DNA of 63,774 nucleotides, filler included, from Collodictyon triciliatum (Eukaryota): assembly GCA_043381765.1 (NCBI GenBank). It is 6 parts of 6 records of this genome, joined end to end, with 100 filler letters (N's around TTAATTAATTAA, not from the genome) between each part and the next. Parts side by side here need not be neighbours in the genome. Positions count along the whole stretch, not along the records: positions 10,810 to 20,280 come from JBHJMP010000687.1; positions 20,381 to 38,731 come from JBHJMP010000688.1; positions 38,832 to 47,096 come from JBHJMP010000689.1; 3 more parts are not named here. One strand, given 5' to 3'. A model generated the notes under the pieces. That model worked only from the letters and a program-made list of their open reading frames with translations. It made no database searches and had not been told where the DNA came from. Shown here piece after piece: positions 13,901 through 39,005 of the stretch. The translations under genes and the position numbers were made by a program. Numbering within the stretch: position 1 is the stretch's first letter; each line of letters starts with the position of its first letter.

Positions 13901-16900
13901 ATTAAATGTGACGTGATTTCAAAACTGGCCTCATCTGCTCATCGCCGTATTGTTATTATAAATTAGAGTTGGCGAGACTTCGGAGAACCCACACCGAAGC
14001 TAAATGTGTCGATATTGTACACACTGGGACACAGACGGGTTCTGAGGAGAGCATGGAAAACCAGCAGGAAGGTATTTGAAATTTTTTACTTATAATAAAT
14101 GCTCGCACTTTTCGAATATATATATTAACTTCAATTCATGGCACAAGGCCAAGATATTGAAGACATCAGCGAAACCATTGTCGAGTAATTTTAAGTTTAA
14201 TTTAAGATTTATAACACCCGCACTATGCAAAATATTAAATGTGTTGTACCATTAATGTGGCATTCCAACCTCAATCTTCATGTGTCATGGTCGTTTGTTG
14301 TTGTCTCCCCGGAATAGGCGCACTAAAGATGGTAAGGCCATCTTCAGAATTTCACTCTTCATTAAACAGAAAAAGTAATAAGATATCAAAATACAGCCTC
14401 TCCTCGCTCTAATTTTTCACTTTTCTAGGTGGGAATGGACCAAAGGAGGTTTACTATCAATCCCGATGAATTTTTATTGCCATAGGAATAGTTTTTCATT
14501 TTCGAGGAGCTCTACTTGTTTAAATATCTTCAAATAATATTCTCATAGAATTCATTGTTATCATGGTCCAATATCATTACATCTAAATTAATCACGAAAG
14601 TCCACAAAGGTTTCGTTTTTTTTCAACAAAAAACCGTGCAATTTTTAAAATTTTATATAAATGTGGAGATCCTGCTGATAATTCCTTATGTATTTCAGGA
14701 ACTGGGTCTGTTGTTGGAACGAAGGTGCTCCTTAAACTAATTAGCAACATTTACCAAGAAAAAATGAATGCAGATGACGTTGATGATAGGTTTCTTTCAT
14801 TTTTAAAGACTCTTACCATCACCAGCTCCGCACACGGGGACAAGCTGCCTGTCCTTTATTTTTATTTCTAGTCGATTTTCCGCTTACAAACTGATGTTTT
14901 CTTTTCTAATTTGTTTTCTTCCATTTTGGTTTATTTGTTTATTTGTTTGTTTATTTGTTTATTTGCTTATTTGCTTATTTGCTTATTTGCTTATTTGCTT
15001 ATTCGCTTATTTGCTTATTTGCTTATTTGTTTATTTGTTTATTTGTTTATTTGTTTATTTGTTTATTTGTTTATTCGTTTATTCGTTTATTTGTTTATTT
15101 GCTTATTTGCTTATTCGTTTATTTGCTTATTTGTTTATTTGTTTGTTTATTTGTTTATTTGTTTATTTGTTTATTTGTTTATTTGTTTATTTGTTTATNN
15201 NNNNNNNNNNNNNNNNNNNNNNNNNNNNNNNNNNNNNNNNNNNNNNNNNNNNNNNNNNNNNNNNNNNNNNNNNNNNNNNNNNNNNNNNNNNNNNNNNNGT
15301 TTGTTTGTTTGTTTGTTTGTTTGTTTGTTTGTTTGTTTGTTTGTTTGTTTGTTTGTTTGTTTGTTTGTTTGTTTGTTTGTTTGTTTGTTTATTTATTACA
15401 GACTTCATCATCCGAGGCAACCAATGCCTGAGTTTATATATGATTTCTTTATCAACAAATATGGACTTCGTCAACTGGCAGAGGGGGTACAGTTTGGTCT
15501 AGATAATTTTATCAGCCCCAATCAGTGGACTCATCGTCAATTCACTGTTTATCTCATTCAAAACAAAAAAAAATTCGCTTGATTTATGAGACAAACTTTG
15601 AACTTACACTGTAGCACCTGGCGAATATGTTATCAACATTGATGCAGTATAAAGGAGATAACATCCGCATACAAATGTTTTCCAAATTTTGTGATGTAAA
15701 TCTTATTTCATGAATGGAAACTTTTACATTCTGTTTGAATGGTTTCTTCCGTGATATAGTTTAAAAAAATGTCATATTATTCATACTAATATCACAATTA
15801 TTTAGGCAGTGCCAAAGGATAAAAGATACCCAAAGTTTGCGATAGACTTTTATTTGTATCCTCTCGTAATAAAAACATATAACAATTTGAAACTTTATTC
15901 TTAAATTTTCAAGGTGAAGGAAGTGTTGATTTGGGAATTTTGTGATATCTTCCATAATTGTAGACAGACAGATATATCGACAGCTTTTTTATAGTTCCGT
16001 TGGAGTCACATATGGAGAAACAGATGATGGTGTAATTTGGACCCCTTTGCAACGTGCCACCGCCATTTTTAACGGGTATTCTTTCCAATCCTAAGATAAA
16101 TTAGCCAAACATTCCACAAGCGATCTCGCGCGTAATGAATGTTACTTCTCTGGTTTCAATTTATGAGAATATGATTTGCTATGTATTTTTTTTTTATTCT
16201 TACTTTCAATTTTGTGCAGGGTGGTGGAGATGTTGGATGAATTGCTATGTATAAACTTTTGAAAATGAAAACCATTTTTTGTTAAAAAAAATATTGAATA
16301 GAATAAGCTCTCACTTGGACTCTGAGAAGTACCAAATGTTTCTGCAGAAACTGAATTCCATAGCGGTGGACGTGAATGAGTGTGTTGAATACCCTACGCA
16401 TTCAGGATTATTTGATTTTCATGATTTTCTTGTGAAATGCTCCATCTTTTAATGAAGTCGTTGACTAGTAAAGAGATTATTTCATTAGAGAGCTTATGAC
16501 GCTATCGATGGTCAAGTCTAGAAAACCAGGAGAAAACGAAGAGTCCATCTCTCTGCGCCCAAGTCGAAGGAGGGTTCCCACAGAAAAGGTCTAACACTTG
16601 TATTTGTGTACTATTATATCTTTTAAAACTTATTTGAATCGAATAAAGGAAAAAATATATCTTTTAAAACTTATTACGCAATTGAGCAATTACATTCTGA
16701 ATTATCGAGAAGGAATTCGACGATGGATTGATTTCAGTTGTTATTTAGCTTGTGGATTTGGACAAATTTGTTCTGTTTTGCATCGATGAATGGATCAAGT
16801 AGGGTCATCCTTATTTCTACCCATACATGTGTGGGGTTTAGCAATCTAGTTATCCAGACTAAACATGTACGCTATCCAATGAAGTGAATCGAACCGCACC

Positions 16901-18591
16901 TTAACCTATCTGGAAGCGATGTTCCATGCTGCTGATATAAGTGGTGATGGGTAATGCATGCCTTTTGATTTTTACTTTTGGGAATGTGAGAAAATATTCA
17001 TTAATATTCCCTGAACTTCTTCAAAAGTCTCTTGCAACCCGACGAATTTCATGGCCTAATTCAATATGTTGACCCATTTTGCAACGAAAGACAAGTAAGC
17101 CAATCTTTTTTTATTTGAAAACAAAAAAAAAACCATTTTCCGAAATAAATAAAAACGTAGCAATATGTTACATTCCTAGTAAACAAGAACTTTTAAAGTT
17201 GCTCTTACTTAATTTATGTATTATTATTGGATATTGCGTAGATATCGCGCATTTTTTCTGATGCGTTGAAAAACTCAGAATCTGGAATTGACCTAGGAAC
17301 TTTTATTCAGGTGAATGACTGCCAACTAATTGCTCTCTTATTTGATTTTTTTTTTATCAAATGTGAATCAATTTTTCTTTTTTTTTCAGGATATTCAATC
17401 TATTTTTCTGAGGTTGTTTTTAATTGCCCAGGTAGCGAAAGAGTACAACTTTGGTTTTAATGTTCAGGCCTCTCAATCCAGCTCGGATAAAGTGGTATTT
17501 TTTCGATTTCTCGATTATTATTATTTTTTTACAAACCTAGCAAATTAGCCAATAAAAGATGCACCCAGTTGAAGGTAATATTGTTTTCGTTTTTCTACAC
17601 GCAACTCATAGTTCACAATATTGACCAAAAATTGGGCGAATTCTGAAGCAACTGTCGAAAATGCGATTAAGGTACACTAAGATGGAATGTGTATTGGCAT
17701 AAACCCTAATGTTTGGCAATTGTAAATCCTGTTTAAGCTTGCTCATCCCTTTCGCTCATCCTAGTACTGCCGTGATTACGACCGCGGAGAAGATGCCGAC
17801 CGAATAACAGTCCGGCGAGACCAGTTTCTCAAGGCACTCAATAAATATCTGAATTGCTAGCGAATGGAAATATATGCAATAATTTTTTTTCCTTCTTGTG
17901 GACGGAGAGTTACCGTTTACATTAATCGAACCTCAATATCTTTTGACTAGCTTCTACGTGAGAAGACCTCATCTCAGGCGACTTGGATTGCCTACAAAGT
18001 AAATTCAAAAGATCAAGAATAACTTGTTTTTCGATTTTTTTTTCATCGCAAATGAAGCAGCTCTTGACCAAATTTGTTTTCAGATGTTGATGGTCGATGC
18101 ATCCAATATCAAGAGATATAACGCACCTGTAAGAAAAGCAATCACAAGTTTTAAGCCGTTCAATTTCTATTATCTCTTGATTGGCCCTTCTTTTGTTTTG
18201 TTTTGTTTTTTTCGATATTTTGTATTATATGGTATATATGTTCAATTAAATTACACAACACTTTGAAACCGAACTGCAGGAGAGAAACCAGATTGTCGTC
18301 GGGTTGGCCCCCTCGCCGCCGCCACCAGATGAAACCCCCAATATGCAACTCCTACGGTAGGTTTAGCTGAATGATTGAATGTCTGTTGTGAATACGTATC
18401 AGAAAAGAATCCTGAATTTTGCCTTTGGATTACTTCTAACCTATAACACCTCTTTTTTCTCGTCTTTATTCCTTTCATTACCTGCGCTTATTTATCAAAG
18501 TCCTGGTCTTGCTCGGAGAAAAAGTGTCCAGTTGCTGAAAACACAATCAGCATCCAAATTTGATAAATGGAAGCCCAAGCCGCCAGAGTGA
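10948..18591 (+). CDS. Axonemal dynein light chain domain (AXDND1-like) coiled-coil protein with TSNAXIP1-like region and EF-hand; about 37 exons, 5'-partial
   Basis: Spliced frame contains FPSLVPSGRSEVVLL, CFVEIVRQISVHCVERGRLL, IYQEKMNADDVDDR...RQPMPEFIYDFFINKYGLRQLAE and EF-hand MFHAADISGDGLLQPDEF. Stop TGA at 18589-18591. Confidence 0.75.
14929..15395. repeat. Intronic (TTATTTGY)n and (TTTG)n spanning an N gap
   Basis: Tandem repeats. Confidence 0.95.
15856..15967 (+). other. Probable U12-type GT-AG intron (phase 2)
   Basis: Donor GTATCCTC; branch-like TTCCATAAT at 15950-15958. The frame requires skipping the AG at 15962-15963 and using the AG at 15966-15967. Confidence 0.7.
17834..17950 (+). 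other. Probable GC-AG intron with weak donor
   Basis: AAG|GCACTC; there is no GT between this point and the in-frame TAG; joins DQFLK to LLREK. Confidence 0.5.
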
Positions 18592-19892
18592 CAGCACATC
18601 CACGGGCGAAGACAAAATTATTGAACATATCGCGTCCACGAATAATCGGCTGGTCTGATATCTGTAATTAGCAAGATTTCGCTCGTTATTCATAAAGGAC
18701 TGCTGTCTAGTTAAGTGTGTTTTTTTGTCGAATTTTATTCAAATAGAACAATACTTGTTAAATTAAACCTGACCGCGGCGTTCGTGTCATGAGAAGCAAT
18801 CATGTCGCCCTTCTCTGTATACTTTGTAGTTCTTGATTTTTTTTCACTTTTTTTCACTTTTTCCCAGTTTTTTTCTTACATTCGGCTAACGCGTAACTCC
18901 AAGAAAAAAATGAAGTCGTACCTATATCTCTGACTCTTGAAACGGCAATTATTGCCGCAAAATAGAATTTTTGATGCTTCATGAAGACTCTGGTGGATAA
19001 CCACAGATTCAGCTCCTTAGTGCTGGCTTAAAAAACAAACCACCCACCATCACCCAGCGAAGTAAAAAGCTAGCGGGTGCACACACTGCAGATTCCGCGT
19101 TGAATTTCAACATTTAGTCCCGCGGTGTATTAGAAATTGCGCAGAAGCAGCACCGGGAGTCAAGTGCCATCTGGCACACAATGTGGATGAAAAGTTGAGA
19201 TAAACTCTATTTCGTTTAATCAGACAGTCGTAATGTGATTGGAAGTCTATCCAAGTTTGTAGTCTGTCGCTGATTGAGTCAATTTGAATGGTGCGCTAAT
19301 ATGCACCATTTATTAACTGTGCAAAGTAGCGCTTCATGCCAAAAAAAAAAATATTACATTAAATGACAGACATCAAGGTTCCACAGCAGCTTGTGTTTTT
19401 GCGGAAACGAATCTAACATCCGTCCAAGTACAGTACCGTCGCATGCCTCAGCTTTGGTTCATGGAGATTTTTGTGTGGTTGAAAGGAAATCATCGCCGGC
19501 TATGCGAGAATAAGCAGCTTTGTACTGGCCCTAATCAAGCATCTCACATTACAATGAGCCATCGCAGCATCCAGAATACACCGGCTTGTAGTAAAATATC
19601 GAAAAAGATAATGAATTCAGACTAACATTTTGATGAAATAAACTCATGGGCTAGCTAATGCCAATAGAATATTTCTGTCGAAGGATTCTAGGGTTCTGTC
19701 TTCAACCCTCATATATGTCTATTCATACAGCATCATGTGCACACTGAACTTCCGCTTTCCAATAAAACTCTGACCTCTGTCTAACACGCACAAATTACAA
19801 ACACTGATATTAAAAATCACTTGAATATTCCATTCCACACGATATGAAGTCAGCTGTTTTGAATTCAGATGCTCTTTCATTTTTTGTAATCT

Positions 19893-20214
19893 TCATACCA
19901 TTCTGATTTATTTTTTATTTTTTATTTTTACTTCCGAATATAACGCAGAAAAAAAACATCCCAGTCATAGTTTTTTTTTCATGGCTTCATTATTTGCAAG
20001 AAATCATTATTCTGGTATAAAGCATATCTATGCTCATTAAAAAAAAAAATTATTTCGAATGAAACCATACCTCACAATCCGTAATTCCAATGGATGCTTT
20101 CTGCATCAACATTATGAATCATGCATACATTTCTTTGATTTGATTGCTATGTTTAAGAATAAAAGTCCTCCAAAAATGTTCCTTTGGTGAGCATTGGCAC
20201 CGTATACACCCAAC
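19893..20214 (-). CDS. Possible 3' exons of an unidentified gene truncated at the scaffold edge
   Basis: AG/GT-flanked segments can splice to VGCIRCQCSPKEHFWRTFILKHSNQIKEIKHPLELRIVRMV*. Other frames are also possible and no family is recognised. Confidence 0.25.
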
Positions 20215-20242
20215 CTTCGTGGGATATGACCAAGACACTCAA

Positions 20243-20273
<31 letters not shown>

Positions 20274-20280
20274 TTGGGGG

Positions 20281-20380
20281 NNNNNNNNNNNNNNNNNNNN
20301 NNNNNNNNNNNNNNNNNNNNNNNNTTAATTAATTAANNNNNNNNNNNNNNNNNNNNNNNNNNNNNNNNNNNNNNNNNNNN
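20281..20380. other. Artificial scaffold linker
   Basis: Same 100-nt linker. Confidence 0.97.
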
Positions 20381-20575
20381 AAAACCCAATAAAAAAACCC
20401 AATAAAAAAACCCAATAAAAAAACCCAATAAAAAAAACCCAATAAAAAAACCCAATAAAAAAACCCAATAAAAAAAACCCAATAAAAAAACCCAATAAAA
20501 AAAACCCAATAAAAAAACCCAATAAAAAAACCCAATAAAAAAACCCAATAAAAACCCAATAAAAACCAATAAAAA
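20381..20575. repeat. (CCCAATAAAAAAA)n minisatellite with 12-13 nt unit
   Basis: About 15 tandem copies at the scaffold start. Confidence 0.95.
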
Positions 20576-20609
20576 TATTACAGAAACACATTGAAGCCTG
20601 CTTTATAAC

Positions 20610-20666
20610 CCAAAGAGAGTTTATCGACTCGGCCACATCGGCAAGCTGGTGCTGGAGTTCATCCAT
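20610..20666 (-). CDS. Probable first coding exon of a truncated gene (MDELQHQLADVAESINSLW); loosely resembles ammonium transporter N-termini
   Basis: ATG at 20666, GT donor at 20609, followed by a repeat-filled intron. Divergent from the gene at 21148. The family guess is weak. Confidence 0.3.
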
Positions 20667-21147
20667 CCGCAGGAAAGTTCTTGTGTAAGTGAACGCAAAA
20701 GAGATGTTAATTGATGATGTTCTCAGAAACACGCACCCGTTTTATTCTTTTATATATATTCACTTTTATTCTTTCTTTTTCATTAGTGATAGAATCCTGC
20801 AGCGGTCAAACATCTTTGCTTTGTGTTATTAAAAGTGTGCGCTGGCTGTGACCAGACAAAAAAAAACAAAATATGGGTGTCTTCAGACACAAAAATAGTG
20901 ACGTCGCATGACATCATCATAAATCGGATCTAATATGGAAATAGATTATCGTTGACCTGAATCTTTTCTGGAATTATTTCTTGGCATGATTTCGCAGTTT
21001 TGCAAAGGCAAAGGAACATCGCTTTTTCCTCTTTTTTTTTTCTTTCATTTTTTCTAATAGCAACACTCTTAGTTATTTTTTTCTTTTCATTCCTTCCAAT
21101 GCAACCAGAAAATAAATGCCTTTAATATAAAGGAATATAAAGCTTGC

Positions 21148-32757
<11,610 letters not shown>

Positions 32758-32955
32758 TATAAGCGATGACCCATTTGAGTGGCGGAGATATTCACCAGGA
32801 ATAGTCAATTATCGATGATGGGTCGCGTTGCTTTTTTTCTTTCGAGTTAGAACCAAGGATTCGATAGAATGATTTCTATTGACTCTTTAGCAGGTGTAGA
32901 GATGATTGGTTTATTAATAAACATGGGGGGGGTTTTGGTTGGAGAGACCGGTGGA

Positions 32956-34802
32956 TTATCGTCTGTGAAAGAAAACAGAGTCGTCTGACCTGTAAAAAGT
33001 AAATAAATAATTGATATGAAGTGCGAATCGCGAGCTAGATGTGAGGGAAAAAAAAGTAACATCGACGATGATGTTTTAATTTTTATTATCGTTTTTTTTT
33101 TTTTTGTTTTTTTTTATTTTTTAATTAAAAATATAACTGGTAAATTCCTTCGTGTAATTGTTCTTGCTTTTCTTTTTGATTTGGGATGAACCTTTCGCTA
33201 ATATTCAAGGTTGTGACCCAGTATTTCTCGTAGCTATCTCTACAAAAATGTAGCTCGCCTGAATCGAAAATGTCTTTCTGTAATGACTCAAGAAACTTCT
33301 TTTGATATCGCACAAATCCTTTTGTTCAAATAATAATGATAATAACATTAAATATTAGCCGATTAATAACAAAATTGTAACAAGCAGTTTTCATTTGCTA
33401 GTTGGCATATATAAAGGAAACGAGAAAACAGGGAAATGCTTTATGATAGGAGGGTATTTGTATATCCAATTATCATGTATTGTTTGGCTTTGCGACTTAC
33501 CGAGGTGTCCCAACGACTTCAAAATTCGAGCTGTTCAAAAGATTTGAATTGTTTTATTTCTTATTCAGTCAACTAATCACGTTGGAAATTATTGATATAT
33601 TTTCCAGGAAGATTTACTTATTCTGAGGTAGTTGTGTCCATGAATCTTCAGATTGAGGAAACGCTCCTTGTATTTCATATTATGTTCTAACTTTCCTGTT
33701 TGATCATTGACCAGAGAGAAGCCAAAGAAATCGAGCATCATTCTGGATTATACATAAATATACTTAAAAAATGTTGCAAATACATAAAAGGAGAAGTCAA
33801 AATGAAATAACAGACATCACAGACCTGAAAGAGAGGACAATCCGCTGGGCAATTTTCTTGTTTTTCCTCATTTCTTCCATTTCTTGCTATTTTCAAGAAA
33901 AGGATGAGAGAAATAAACCTGTCAGTCTCAACTTATAACCTCATTCATTTGTGTCATTCATAAAATGCCAAATTCATTAAAACAAAATAATCAGAAAATT
34001 CAAGGAAGAGAGTTACAGTTAAAAAAAACAAAACAACAAAACAAGAAACAAACTAATTCGAGCTTGTGGGCTAAGTTATTAACGCCATTTCCTTCTAACA
34101 ATGGAAACAACCATTGAATATACCTAGAAAATGATTAAGGTTATTTATATGATTGAAACAAATATGTGTGCGCGTTCAGTCATATTAATAATACATAAAA
34201 ATATGTAAACCCCCCCCCCCCCCCCCCCCCCCGTAGAACATAATGTCATCTTATTATTGATTACCCATGCTTGGCCTCGAGTTTAACATAATTTCCCATC
34301 CACTTTGAATGTATGTCATCGATGAGTAGGTTATCTGGGTTTGACTTCAATCTCGATATAGATTATATAATTTTTTTTTATTGTATGCGAGATTTCAAAA
34401 TAATAATTGCAGCAAGAATTAGTGTTTTGTTGAAGAAGAAAATACTGATTGGAATAGAATTCCACGTTGTAATTTCGTGTCCCGACAGATTTTTCTAAAT
34501 TTGAAAATGGCATATTTATTGAATGTCATCCAATTCATTTCTTTAATCAATCATTTACCATAGTTGCTCGGGACTCGTAATATAATTTGGAGTTATACGA
34601 GACTAAATGAAAAAATCATTAAAAGGTAATTTAAGTTGAACGATGGATAAACCTTTCTGAAGAAGTGAAGGACGAGCGGGAGTTGTGACAGAACTGGCTC
34701 TTGATGAGCTGTGCGAAGAAAACTTTTGAGCTGCTGAGAGGTGAGAATGCTCGGTGCGGGTTTGTTTTTGCAGAGCCAGGCGACTTCGATCCACAGAACC
34801 TT

Positions 34803-34881
<79 letters not shown>

Positions 34882-35106
34882 TTTTGTGTGTGAGATTGCG
34901 ATAAAGGATTTTGAATGACAATAATTCGATAAGATTGTTAAATAAGAAAATATCGTAATAAAAAAAAAGTAAAATTATCATAACACCAGGGATATCTGTA
35001 ATCAAAATAGAGGTAATATAAAATGAGGTGGGTACGGATCTGTTAATGTGATATTGGATTTTAAAGACAAACAATGAAATGATTACTTACTGGAACGGCC
35101 GGACAT
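32956..35106 (-). CDS. Opioid growth factor receptor (OGFr) conserved-domain protein
   Basis: Spliced frame: NVEFYSNQ...IDDIHSKWMGNYVKLEAKHGYIQWLFP, MMLDFFG, RFLNLKIHGHNYLRITRILKSLG, DSYEKYW. ATG at 35106, TAA at 32958-32956. Largely absent from the ORF track. Confidence 0.9.
34802..34879. repeat. Intronic (TTTA)n
   Basis: Tetranucleotide repeat next to a 3' splice site of the OGFr gene. Confidence 0.95.
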
Positions 35107-35288
35107 CGGGCGAAAGAGCCGGAAAGGGGACAAGAGCGAGTTGGCGAGAATCTTCGACTTTTATGACGGAATCTTTTGACCTGACTCTCTTTAGTTTTTT
35201 CCTTCTCTTCTGTGGTTTTGGGGTTCTGGGTTTCCAGCAAAAAGAGGAGCCAACGAGATTTGGGTGTGAAAATCAAGGAAAACGAAAT

Positions 35289-35435
35289 AGAAAAAAGAGA
35301 AAAAGAGAAAAAGAGAAAAAGAGAAAAAGAGAAAAAGAGAAAAAGAGAAAAAGAGAAAAAGAGAAAAAGAGAAAAAGAGAAAAAGAGAAAAAGACAAAAG
35401 ACAAAAAGACAAAGGACAAAAAGACAAAGGACAAA
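35289..35435. repeat. (GAGAAAAA)n and (GACAAAA)n
   Basis: Tandem repeats in the divergent intergenic region. Confidence 0.9.
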
Positions 35436-36179
35436 GTTTTTTTCTCTTTATTCGATTAAGACAAAGGACAAATATAAAAGAAAGAAAAGACAAAAATAAA
35501 GAAAGCAAAAGAAAAGAAGGAAGAGAATAGTCAAGAGGAAGAGGAGACAGGTGTCGATTTGTGCCTTAGGCTCACCCGCTGCAGGTCAGATCAGTGTGAT
35601 CACAACTTTCAGCTTGTCCATACCAAAATAATATATATTGATCTTATACGCTTTTGGACAAACTTATCTAATTTCTATATAAGGCATGGACTCCCGGAGC
35701 AGTTCGTACCAATTTGGAAAAACGCACGCGCTCTGTGGCCTCTGCTGTCTATGTTATTTTTTCACCTGCGAAGCGGTTTTGGCTTCATCCCGCTGAGACT
35801 TTCATCATTCGGTTGGGCGTATTCTGTGATACAATCAAAGCCCACCAACTCGTGGCTGTAGACGAAAAGAAAAAAAAGGAGTTGTATGTGACTAGAAACG
35901 CGCGCTGCTCGACAATTAGTTCGACACGATGTTTACAAACGCAGTCGATTTCCTTTTTGTGTGTATACGCCTTTGGATTTTGGGCTGTCACTTTCTATTT
36001 GGTTGGCGGCGGACTCTGGTGTAGTTTGCTGGCTCTGGGGTTATGTGCTTCTGTGTGACTCGATTTTTGTTGGATATGTAAGTTGCGATCGGGTCTGCTT
36101 CTCCTGGTAGTGTTTTTCTCTCTTTTTCTTCTCCTTTGTTGGGTAACTTATCTAAAGCTTTTGCTTTATTTTCTAGAAA

Positions 36180-38544
<2,365 letters not shown>

Positions 38545-38655
38545 GTATTCTTCTATGCATCTGCGCAGCAATCTTGAGTAGATTCGCTATAGAATATTCT
38601 TCATGATTCATGATATAATGGTCGCAGGGGGGTTTATTCTATTTTAGTTTTGTAA

Positions 38656-38731
<76 letters not shown>

Positions 38732-38831
38732 NNNNNNNNNNNNNNNNNNNNNNNNNNNNNNNNNNNNNNNNNNNNTTAATTAATTAANNNNNNNNNNNNN
38801 NNNNNNNNNNNNNNNNNNNNNNNNNNNNNNN
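38732..38831. other. Artificial scaffold linker
   Basis: Same 100-nt linker; the MFS and ERG8 genes are both cut here. Confidence 0.97.
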
Positions 38832-38927
<96 letters not shown>

Positions 38928-39005
38928 AGTACAAAAAGAATAGAGTCAGAACAGAGGAAAGCAAAAGGGACTAATGAAATAATGAATTCGCGAGATTCAC
39001 TCAAC

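Noticed and set aside
19218-19312. Two adjacent hairpins, plus AATTCAGACTA near 19614, suggesting an H/ACA RNA, SECIS or RNase P RNA
   Set aside because: No H or ACA boxes, no SECIS GA quartet and no matching P4 partner. An Infernal search would be needed.
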